From positions 3,840,001-3,904,000 of the forward strand of contig CAWIPH010000002.1 of assembly GCA_963837955.1 (NCBI GenBank): a DNA stretch of 64,000 bases, read 5' to 3'. A program made the translations under genes and the position numbers. Source of the stretch: an uncultured Verrucomicrobiae bacterium. GTDB taxonomy: Bacteria; Verrucomicrobiota; Verrucomicrobiia; Chthoniobacterales; JAFAMB01. Below the pieces are notes generated by a model. The model ran no database searches. It was not told where the DNA came from and was given only the letters and a program-made list of their open reading frames with translations. Shown in pieces: positions 42,859-50,871 of the stretch (the stretch's first letter is position 1; each line of letters begins with the position of its first letter).

Positions 42859-44619
42859 TCATCCAGGCAACGGATAGCGTCCGGTTAGCGTCTTTACCTG
42901 CTGGCGAACTCGCGTCAGCGTTGATTCGTCCCCACCGGAGGCAAGAGCAGCGTCCATCAGATCGGCGATCTCCATCATCTCTTCTTCCTTCATCCCGCGC
43001 GTCGTGACCGCGGGAGTGCCAACCCGAATCCCTCCCCCTTTCACCACCGGTTCGGTGTCGAAGGGGATTGAGTTCTTATTCACAGTAATGCCAGCAAGGT
43101 CCAAAATCTCTTGGGCTTGTTTCCCGTTGAGACCTTTGGATCGAAGGTCGACCAACATCAGGTGATTGTCCGTGCCTCCCGATACGATGCGATACCCTTT
43201 CCGCTCCAGGCTGGCCGCCAGCGCTTTGGCATTCATTGCGATCTGGTGCTGATAATCGCGGAACGTAGGCTGGAGAGCCTCATGAAAACAGACCGCTTTC
43301 GCCGCAATCACGTGCATGAGCGGGCCGCCCTGTACTCCCGGAAACACGAGACTATCTATCCCCTTCGCGAGTTCCGGTTTACACATGATGATACCGCCTC
43401 TCGGCCCACGCAGACTTTTGTGCGTTGTGGAGGTCACAAAATCCGCAATTCCAACCGGCGAAGGATGGATCCCCGCTGCCACCAACCCAGCAATGTGCGC
43501 GATATCAACAAAGAGAAACGCGCCGACCTCATCGGCGATCTGTCGCATCCTTTTGAAATCGATGATTCGCGAGTAAGCCGAAGCGCCGGCCGTAATCATC
43601 CGCGGACGATGTTCCTCAGCCAGTCGGGCGAGAGCTCCATAATCAATGCATTCGGTTTCCCGATCTACCCCGTAATGCGTCACCTCATAAAAGCGGCCCG
43701 AAAAGTTCGCCTTATTTCCATGGGTCAAATGACCACCGTGCGATAAGTCCATCGTCAAGATGCGGTCTCCCGGCTTTAGCACACTGAAATAGACCGCCAT
43801 ATTTGCCTGGCTGCCGCTATGCGCCTGCACGTTTACGTGTTCGGCCCCAAATAATTTCTGTGCGCGCTCGATCGCCAATCGTTCCACTTGATCAACGAAT
43901 TCACAGCCTCCGTACCACCGGCGACCCGGATAACCTTCCGCATACTTGTTGGTCAAGACGGACCCTTGGGCCTCCATTACTGCGCGGCTAGTGAAATTCT
44001 CCGAAGCGATTAGCTCGATGTTTTCGAATTGCCGCTGTCGCTCGAGTTTGATCGCGTTGAAAATCTCCGGATCGACTCGCTCCAAAGGTTGGTTCCCAGG
44101 CTGTTCATTCATAGTCCCTGATGTCAGCTTATCGTTGTTTCCCTCGCTCATTACAAAGTTCAGTAGACCCGGAAGCGCTTCGAGAATCGTGTCTCGCGCT
44201 TCCTCATACGCTTCGATACCCAAGCCGATCGGATCAGCGATATCAAACGATGCGGCACCCGGTTCAAATTCTCGCAGCAAATACGTTTTTTCTGCTGCTT
44301 CTGGATACTGATAAAAAATAGAATCGAGGTGGCTCCGCGTCATTGCGACAATCCAGGTCGCTTCCTGGACCAGGCGCTCGGTGAGCGGCTTACTTCGAAT
44401 GCCCGAGATATCGATGCCCATTTTCGCGAGCACTTCGACGGCGTGGGGACTCGGGCTTTGCCCAGGATAAGTGCTGATGCCGGCCGACGAAACCTTTAGA
44501 TCCGGGCGGCCTCCGAGCATTCGCCGGAAAAGACCCTCGGCCATCGGGCTTCGACAGACATTCCCTGTACAAACAAACAACACCGTTTTTTGCGGACTCA
44601 AAGTCCGGGAAACTGCCAT
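42859..44619 (-). CDS. glyA: fusion of an LMW protein-Arg/Tyr phosphatase and serine hydroxymethyltransferase
   Basis: N-terminal [16 protein letters not shown] and I.DP.G; then [39 protein letters not shown] in one uninterrupted frame. Confidence 0.93.
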   Translation of the reverse strand: MAVSRTLSPQKTVLFVCTGNVCRSPMAEGLFRRMLGGRPDLKVSSAGISTYPGQSPSPHAVEVLAKMGIDISGIRSKPLTERLVQEATWIVAMTRSHLDSIFYQYPEAAEKTYLLREFEPGAASFDIADPIGLGIEAYEEARDTILEALPGLLNFVMSEGNNDKLTSGTMNEQPGNQPLERVDPEIFNAIKLERQRQFENIELIASENFTSRAVMEAQGSVLTNKYAEGYPGRRWYGGCEFVDQVERLAIERAQKLFGAEHVNVQAHSGSQANMAVYFSVLKPGDRILTMDLSHGGHLTHGNKANFSGRFYEVTHYGVDRETECIDYGALARLAEEHRPRMITAGASAYSRIIDFKRMRQIADEVGAFLFVDIAHIAGLVAAGIHPSPVGIADFVTSTTHKSLRGPRGGIIMCKPELAKGIDSLVFPGVQGGPLMHVIAAKAVCFHEALQPTFRDYQHQIAMNAKALAASLERKGYRIVSGGTDNHLMLVDLRSKGLNGKQAQEILDLAGITVNKNSIPFDTEPVVKGGGIRVGTPAVTTRGMKEEEMMEIADLMDAALASGGDESTLTRVRQQVKTLTGRYPLPG

Positions 44620-44899
44620 GCCCCCACCGGCAGATCAAGTACACAAGCCAGCACGCCACTCGACCAAAAGCTCTGGAATTTTTGCGCCTTCAGCCGCCTG
44701 GAAACTAAGTGCGAGCACGGCTTCCATCGCGAGAGATCCGCCGGCCACTGGAGCGCGCAAGCCGCCCAGACATACCAATCATCGAGGCATCGCTGAGCAG
44801 TTAATCGAGCGGCCTTCACCAGGCGCAGTCATGATCTGTTCTCAACGTGGGTAGTCACTGAAGATCTGGCGGCTGCCGAAGAGGTAACAAGATTACCGC

Positions 44900-45331
44900 T
44901 TGAGCGACCCGATTGATGGAGATAGCATTGGCCGGTTGAATTCAGTATCCGCTTACGATTACATCCAGGCACTTTATCGATTGTGTCTTGTTCAATCGGG
45001 TTCCGATACAGCAGCCGAGAAAGCCGTCCACGACATTGTTCTGGAAGCCTTTAAGACGGCTAATCGCGATTTGGAAAAGATCGATTTCGAAGGCCTTTTC
45101 CGAACAGCATTCCTTCGACGAGATTCCTATCCGAAGGTATCCGCAAACAGTCTGACCGATTGGCCGCTGATTCTTCACTCCCTTTCTGAGCCTCAACGTT
45201 CCAGCTTGACTCTTTTCTTTCTGGAAATTTTGCCTCCAGCTCTCATTGCCGAAATTGCCGGCCTATCGCTTGAACAGCTGGCAGATACGATTCGAGATGC
45301 GCGTGCGGCGCTGGTAGAGGCTCGCAAATAG
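44900..45331 (+). CDS. degenerate ECF-sigma-like protein (region-4 HTH)
   Basis: ALYR.C...G...AE..V.D and L..L...QR..L.LF.......EIA.......AR..L; TTG start uncertain. Confidence 0.55.
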   Translation: MSDPIDGDSIGRLNSVSAYDYIQALYRLCLVQSGSDTAAEKAVHDIVLEAFKTANRDLEKIDFEGLFRTAFLRRDSYPKVSANSLTDWPLILHSLSEPQRSSLTLFFLEILPPALIAEIAGLSLEQLADTIRDARAALVEARK

Positions 45332-45340
45332 GTTCGTACC

Positions 45341-46252
45341 ATGCCAAGCAGATTGTTCCCCCTTATCCGGCCCGCCTACGAAGATGAGCCTGGAATTAGC
45401 GTGGCCAGCACAGAAGCCAGGAACAACGCGGAACTGGGGGAAGCTTTGGGACGACAGGTCGCCCTCGACGACGAAGTCGTGGATCAGCTTCGAGCGATCG
45501 AACTCAGCGATTTCCAGATCGAAAGGCTAGAAAGCTCACTGGGTGAGGATGACGCTCAGCCGACCGCCCATGCTATTCCCCCGACAGTCCTTTCTCCTCC
45601 GCCAACCGGACAAGGCTCTGACGCTGCCGGATCTACCGCGCTGACTAAGGCGGTCCCGCAACCACCGCCAAACCCGGAACCGCAAGACCTCCCGAATGCG
45701 GCGAAAGAGGAAAAAGGAAAAGATGAGGAAGAAGAGGAGGAAGAAGAACAACCGCGGGCCCGCCCATTCGCAATCTTTTTCGCAATCGGTGTTGCCTTGA
45801 TCGCCGCCATCTGCGTGGTCAGCTATATCGTCTGGGACCAAATGAACACGTTCAAAGGTGCGGACCGAATCACCGACCTTTTGAATTCAGCGAACGGACT
45901 CAGTGGTGACGAATTTGAAGCGGTCCAAACCACCACCGACGCTCTGAAAGATTGGTTTTTGCTCAAGAACCAGCACTTTGCTGTCCCGAAAGAGTTTGCC
46001 CAAACTCGCACCATCGCATGCCGAGTCTTTCAGTTCCATAACGCGGACGTCGGCCAGGTAATGGCCAAAGATGACCGGGAGCTCCTCTATTTTCTATTCG
46101 ATCCGGCTGATCTCGGCATGAACCTTAAGAAAGGGAAATGGGAAATCGTGGAGGCCGAGCGACTCGTCGGAGGCGTCACCTTAGTCGAAGGCACCTGTTT
46201 CGTTGTCGCCTTTCGGGGGAAGCATGATGAAATGCAGGCCTATCTAGGCTAA
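45341..46252 (+). CDS. hypothetical single-TM protein, anti-sigma-like
   Basis: Cytoplasmic N-part with a Pro/Glu low-complexity linker, one TM, and a C-terminal domain with CR.F. Confidence 0.6.
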   Translation: MPSRLFPLIRPAYEDEPGISVASTEARNNAELGEALGRQVALDDEVVDQLRAIELSDFQIERLESSLGEDDAQPTAHAIPPTVLSPPPTGQGSDAAGSTALTKAVPQPPPNPEPQDLPNAAKEEKGKDEEEEEEEEQPRARPFAIFFAIGVALIAAICVVSYIVWDQMNTFKGADRITDLLNSANGLSGDEFEAVQTTTDALKDWFLLKNQHFAVPKEFAQTRTIACRVFQFHNADVGQVMAKDDRELLYFLFDPADLGMNLKKGKWEIVEAERLVGGVTLVEGTCFVVAFRGKHDEMQAYLG

Positions 46253-46375
46253 GAAGGTTCCGAAGTGATCACTGGGCAATAAGGGGTGATCGGTATTTGC
46301 ATTTCCGGTGATCTGGTGCATTAGTAAAACACCGGAAGTTATTCTTGCGCCTTCGGCGCTCTCACCCTTCACTTC

Positions 46376-46861
46376 TCACCTCTCACGCACCCGTCCGTAC
46401 AACTGCCTCACCATCCGATGATACGGCCAGGCGACGATATAGCCCACGCAGCATGGCTTTCCGCACGCACACGGGAACCGGGTAACTTCGGATGCATCGA
46501 ATCCGTAGTCGATCGTGATCTCTTCCCCTCGCGCGATAGCTCGAGAACTTACGATCAACGAGATGCCCTCTCTGTATTCCAGGTGGGCTGACGGATCGCA
46601 CGAGTAGTTGAAAAAGCGCCCGAGTCCTTTACCAGTTGAACCATCCAGAACTCTTCCATCCGGCAACTCGAGTAAAAAGGGGTTGCCGATTACTAGCTCT
46701 CGTTTGACCTCTTTCGAGGTCAAAATCTTGCCGTCGTAACACGTCAGAACCTGGTCGGCGCCGATTCGGACGTTCGCGAACACCCCAATACCATGAATTT
46801 TGGAGTTTCCTGTCGACACAAGCTTTCTTTCCAACAAGCGGGCGTGTATACTTTTCCACAT
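46376..46861 (-). CDS. SET-domain protein with post-SET cysteines
   Basis: S.IHG.GVFA, Y.G, RFFNYSCDP, I..GEEITIDY, C.CG...C.G; start uncertain. Confidence 0.85.
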   Translation of the reverse strand: MWKSIHARLLERKLVSTGNSKIHGIGVFANVRIGADQVLTCYDGKILTSKEVKRELVIGNPFLLELPDGRVLDGSTGKGLGRFFNYSCDPSAHLEYREGISLIVSSRAIARGEEITIDYGFDASEVTRFPCACGKPCCVGYIVAWPYHRMVRQLYGRVRER

Positions 46862-47399
46862 GGTCGAAGTCCTCGGCATCTTCGGCTTCCTTGGTTGGCT
46901 GTTCCTGGTTTTCTGCGAATGGCTGAGCCACCTACCGGTTTTTGCCGCGTTGGTTGTTGGCGCAATCGCGGTCCCGATCCTGGCGGTCGCGGACTTTCGG
47001 AAAATCCTCCGTAAATTGCAACTCCCGGGCCTCTATACAAGTCGTGATCCGATACCGCCCGAAAGATTTTCCTGGCTTCTGCACGGAGAATGGCTGCGTC
47101 AATCGATTGTCTGGTCGTTCGTTATCGCCGCTGGCGGATGGTGGAACGCGGCGACCTTGCCGGCATCACTTTCCTGCGATCTCGAATCTGTTGTCGGATG
47201 GCTCAATGCGGTTGTCGGAATGATTGGTTCCGCCCGTTTCTTTAGCGCCTCCCTACTTTTCGTGCACGCAGCCCAGTGGTTCGACTCGATGAGCCCCAGT
47301 CTCGTCGGATTTTTTCGGGTCTTGATGTACAGATTATCCGATAACTACGAATATCTGGGTCAGCGCAAAACCGACCCCGAACGGGAGAAGGTTTACTAG
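46860..47399 (+). CDS. hypothetical membrane protein
   Basis: About four hydrophobic helices; TATACT-N7-ATG suggests a leaderless start at 46860. Confidence 0.65.
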   Translation: MVEVLGIFGFLGWLFLVFCEWLSHLPVFAALVVGAIAVPILAVADFRKILRKLQLPGLYTSRDPIPPERFSWLLHGEWLRQSIVWSFVIAAGGWWNAATLPASLSCDLESVVGWLNAVVGMIGSARFFSASLLFVHAAQWFDSMSPSLVGFFRVLMYRLSDNYEYLGQRKTDPEREKVY

Positions 47400-47406
47400 C
47401 CGGCAA

Positions 47407-47527
47407 CGCCGGCTTGTCCGACGACCGTGTCCGACGAAGCTCTCCGCTACATCGGCGACGTCCCAAGATCAGCGAAGTCGGAAGCCTTCCGGAGTTTCAA
47501 ACGACGGAGCGAAGTTGGAGAGCGCCG
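47407..47527. repeat. dispersed repeat, reverse complement of 61038-61100, split by a ~55-bp insert
   Basis: CGCCGGCTTGTCCGACGA and GAAGCCTTCCGGAGTTTCAAACGACGGAGCGAAGTTGGAGA match the other locus. Confidence 0.7.
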
Positions 47528-47680
47528 GGATCATCAAAGGCCAGGCATCGTGAGAAGTGATTGGCGGTTAGTGAGAAGTAAAAGAAGACGAGGCGTAACA
47601 CTGGGGCCGATCACCAATCACCAATCACCAATCTCATCTCTTCTTTCTGCTCACTGCTTACTGCTCACTGCTCTTGCTAA

Positions 47681-47708
47681 TTGCCAAGCCCCATTTTCTC
47701 ATTATCTT
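47681..47708 (+). promoter_or_regulatory. tRNA-Ser promoter TTGCCA-N16-TATCTT
   Basis: Hexamers 17 nt upstream of the tRNA. Confidence 0.6.
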
Positions 47709-47725
47709 CCCCGACTCGATCAAAC

Positions 47726-47812
47726 GGAAGGGTGGCTGAGTGGTCGAAGGCTCCTGACTCGAAATCAGGCGTGCTCGTAAGGGCACCGTGGGTTCGAATC
47801 CCACCCCTTCCG
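47726..47812 (+). tRNA. tRNA-Ser(CGA)
   Basis: GGAAGGG acceptor, CCTGA-CTCGAAA-TCAGG anticodon arm, long variable arm GTGCTC-GTAA-GGGCAC, GTGGGTTCGAATCCCAC T-arm. Confidence 0.96.
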
Positions 47813-48103
47813 CTCTCGCTGAAGGATTTACGCAAGCTCGATAACACTTTTACGGCCGTGTTGCGCTGACGAGTGCCTTTCTGGTGCCTTTAAAATTTGG
47901 CCAAAACGTCCTTGACCGCCGATAGCAACTTGCGGACGAAGCTCTATATGGCCTACAGCACCGAGCCCTTTTGAAATATTCTTGGATTACGACCACACCC
48001 CCCCCAACCGTCCATCCGGTTAGCGGACGCCAGAGAGCTAGCCGCAATGATTATCCCCGGTGACCCTGCTGTAGAGAACGTCATGCCCTAGGACAGGCCA
48101 GCC

Positions 48104-48141
48104 CCATCGATCGCTACAACGGTCGATGGTCTTTTGTTTTT
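48104..48141 (+). terminator. intrinsic terminator
   Basis: CCATCGATCG/CGGTCGATGG stem plus TCTTTTGTTTTT. Confidence 0.75.
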
Positions 48142-48275
48142 AGCCTTCACTGCTCACGAGCTTACCGGCTGAGATCGCGGCAGGATTTCCGAACGTTCAT
48201 GATAAGGCTCGACCGGTCAAACGCGCTGCACGGTCAAATGCGGAAACCGTTTTTCGTCAGAAAACTCGTCGCTCT

Positions 48276-49199
48276 TTATTGATTGAGCGCGACTGGGTGG
48301 CGAGCGGTCTTCGTTTGCAGCCCGTTCACGGCTTGTTCGAGACGGTCTACCTTTGCGACGATCGCTGTTAACTTCGAGTTCTCGGCCTCGAGAACTTTCA
48401 GCCGCTTCTTTAGAACGTCTATCTCACCCTGTTGTTCTTTGGTTATCCCGTCCACATCCTGAATTGCCCTTGTTAATAGGGGTGTGACGCGACCATAATC
48501 CACCGTCCACGGATTCTGAGCAGGATCCTCTCCGCCTCGGGTCACGACATCGGGCAAGACCGTATAAAGCTCTTGAGCGATAAATCCCGTCTCATTCCGG
48601 CCGGGCTTCGATTTGAAATTGTAGTCGCGCACCTGAATCTTCATCACTTCATTGAGCCCTTTGGCACTTGGCCGGATATTCTCTTTCAGGCGTTCGTCGG
48701 AGGTGGTGTTGTAGGACACGCTGGTTCCTGTGGTTGTGACATCCCCGATAGCACTATTATTAACGGAGAAGATGATAAGCTCATTATTAGTGAAAACCGT
48801 CGGTTTTGACAGGTGAAGGGGGGAACCATCGCTGCGTTGAGCGCCTATATAACCGCCCGGGTTGATCTGGACCCCATTCATGTTCGCTGTTCCGTTCCAG
48901 AATTGGCCGGTAACGCCGCCCGGTGACACGTATACTTGCCCATTCACATGCAGAGGGACTTGTGGAGTGGTTAGACTTATTCCAACATTGCCTTCGATCA
49001 GTGCTCCGTTGGTTGGCGCGACGGTGCCCGCAGTACTCGTGTAGGTGGAATCACCAATTGCCAGACCGCCGCTGGCGGTGGTGCCGTTAACGCTGAGTTT
49101 TGACTGGGGGTTACTAACACCGATCCCGACGTTTTGGGCTGCCGCTTGTCCGATTAAACCGGCCAGCGAGAGCAGAAGTGCAAGGTAGAACATTCGCAT
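48276..49199 (-). CDS. secreted fibre-like protein with C-terminal peptidase S74 (intramolecular chaperone) domain
   Basis: Signal peptide, two NVGI(G/S)...P..L.V.G repeats, SDERLKENI, GFIAQE, VDY, C-terminal coiled coil. Confidence 0.88.
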   Translation of the reverse strand: MRMFYLALLLSLAGLIGQAAAQNVGIGVSNPQSKLSVNGTTASGGLAIGDSTYTSTAGTVAPTNGALIEGNVGISLTTPQVPLHVNGQVYVSPGGVTGQFWNGTANMNGVQINPGGYIGAQRSDGSPLHLSKPTVFTNNELIIFSVNNSAIGDVTTTGTSVSYNTTSDERLKENIRPSAKGLNEVMKIQVRDYNFKSKPGRNETGFIAQELYTVLPDVVTRGGEDPAQNPWTVDYGRVTPLLTRAIQDVDGITKEQQGEIDVLKKRLKVLEAENSKLTAIVAKVDRLEQAVNGLQTKTARHPVALNQ

Positions 49200-49220
49200 A
49201 AGAAACAGAGTTGAAGTTAA

Positions 49221-49388
49221 TTAACCGAGATGACGTTGACGAAAGCGCATGATCACTCCGAGCATTCTCGAGCCAGCCAGGATCCTAAACCCGGTGGAGG
49301 GTTCAGAACGGAATTTGCTGCGGGAAGCAAGATTAGCGAAGCTGATGAAGCCGAACGATAGGCGGACTAACAATAACGTCCTGTACAT
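49221..49388 (-). CDS. putative 55-aa basic peptide
   Basis: AAGGAGG Shine-Dalgarno upstream of ATG 49388; open frame ending 21 nt before the S74 gene start. Confidence 0.35.
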   Translation of the reverse strand: MYRTLLLVRLSFGFISFANLASRSKFRSEPSTGFRILAGSRMLGVIMRFRQRHLG

Positions 49389-49540
49389 TCTAATACTCCT
49401 CCTTGTTTTTGGAGCCTAGATTCGTCAGGATGCGGCTAAATGCGCCACCGGTTAGTAGCCGCACAGCCTGCATAATGGGATATCTCATTGCTTACACATT
49501 AGCGTTTACAGAAAAGCTCGCCTAGTCGACAAGCCCATAG

Positions 49541-49578
49541 ATATAACACTTTGGTATTATAGTACTTTGGTGTTATAT
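49541..49578. promoter_or_regulatory. operator-like double palindrome
   Basis: TATAACAC-TTTG-GTATTATA overlapping TATAGTAC-TTTG-GTGTTATA. Confidence 0.5.
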
Positions 49579-50225
49579 GGAGAGCTGGCTATCTCGGGAG
49601 GAGCATACTCGATTTGACCAACGCGCCGAACGATCCCCTGCTCAGATTAACGGAGGTGGGCAAGGCTGAAACACCAGACTCTTTCACCAGGCATGGACTC
49701 CCCATTCCAGGAGCCTACTTCAAGAACAAAGAAAGCCAGCAACCGGCGACAGTTGCGACTGAGATATCAGAGAAGCGTGTTGGAGAACAGAAGCAGCCAA
49801 GGTGGAAGCGTGATTTTCCCAGCCTTCGACATTGGTTGCTTCTGTTCTCCGATAGCTTACGAAGCACGTGGCCTGGACGGACAACCACTAGGTAAGCCGG
49901 GTAGATATCGGTTTCGGTGGTGAAGAAACGGAAACCCGAAGCGAGGGCTAACCAGAGCCGTTGCCGCGCCGGCGCCAGGCTCGCAAGCGCTGAAGGACAT
50001 AACAGTCCGCGTTGAATTCCTCGCTCAGGCCGTCACTAGACAACTTCGAATCCCACCCCTTCCGAGGCACTTATGCAAGTTTTACGCTCGATTTAGCAGC
50101 CTACCTTTCAGAGTCAGTGCCGGAATAGCGCCGCTAAAATTTGAAACGCCACCTCCGCACCTGTAGCCGAGTTCGTCCCGGTGCAGTCGAAGATTCGGCG
50201 CATAAGCGCATCCATCCTGAACCTG

Positions 50226-50423
50226 CTACCCTGGTTTGGTTTCTTCCCTTAGGAACTCCAAAATTTTGTCTGCTTGTTCGCGCGTTGGTTCTCCCTTCCC
50301 CTCGGTCCATCCCGTAAGTGTCTCCGGCGAAACTCCGACGGCCTCGGCGACTTTGGATGCGTACTGGATGATGATGTCCCGATAGTTTCCTAGAGCGGTG
50401 AGTTGTTCCTCGGTCGGTTCCAT
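50226..50423 (-). CDS. small XRE/Cro-type HTH protein
   Basis: VAEAVGVSPETLTGWTEGKGEP; extended -10 TGtTATAGT-N6-ATG (leaderless). Confidence 0.75.
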   Translation of the reverse strand: MEPTEEQLTALGNYRDIIIQYASKVAEAVGVSPETLTGWTEGKGEPTREQADKILEFLREETKPG

Positions 50424-50605
50424 GCGTGGACTATAACAGAATCACGGATCAAAAGGCCAACACCGCGCGCTCAATCGAATCGTTGGCGCCTCGACCGAGA
50501 CGACCGCACTCGGTAGTCCGGGTTCGCTCTCGCGGAGAATACGAAGCAGCGATGGCTGAGAGGGTGAGCTTTTGAATCGATCCCTCGCTGCCCCAGCTGT
50601 AGCCC

Positions 50606-50836
50606 GTGTCTGCACAGATGATGCCTATCGCTCAGAGCTTAGCGACGACAAAGCTCTTAAAAGGATTTAGAAGGAGGCTGATGGTGTCTGGTGATCTATC
50701 GGAAGAAGCCATTACCAAAAATCTTCGTGTTTTGTTGGAGGAAGAATGGGGGCCACGAGCGCGGATTGACGATATTTGCGAGATACAGCGAGCTACAATC
50801 GCACAAGGGAGATCGAGCGAAAAACGGGAATATTGA
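50606..50836 (+). CDS. hypothetical small protein
   Basis: Open frame divergent from the HTH gene; no recognised motif. Confidence 0.3.
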   Translation: MSAQMMPIAQSLATTKLLKGFRRRLMVSGDLSEEAITKNLRVLLEEEWGPRARIDDICEIQRATIAQGRSSEKREY

Positions 50837-50871
50837 ATAACCATGGCCCCCATTCTGGGATGATTGTCTGT

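Larger units (their letters stand above)
47793..50064. mobile_element. tRNA-Ser-anchored islet without an integrase, bounded by 20-bp direct repeats
   Basis: TTCGAATCCCACCCCTTCCG at both 47793-47812 and 50045-50064. Confidence 0.8.

Noticed and set aside
49942..49995. SAH-riboswitch-like string (GCGAG...GTTGC...CCAGGCTCGC)
   Set aside because: The pseudoknot pairing is missing and no gene lies downstream before the att site; an Rfam scan would settle it.
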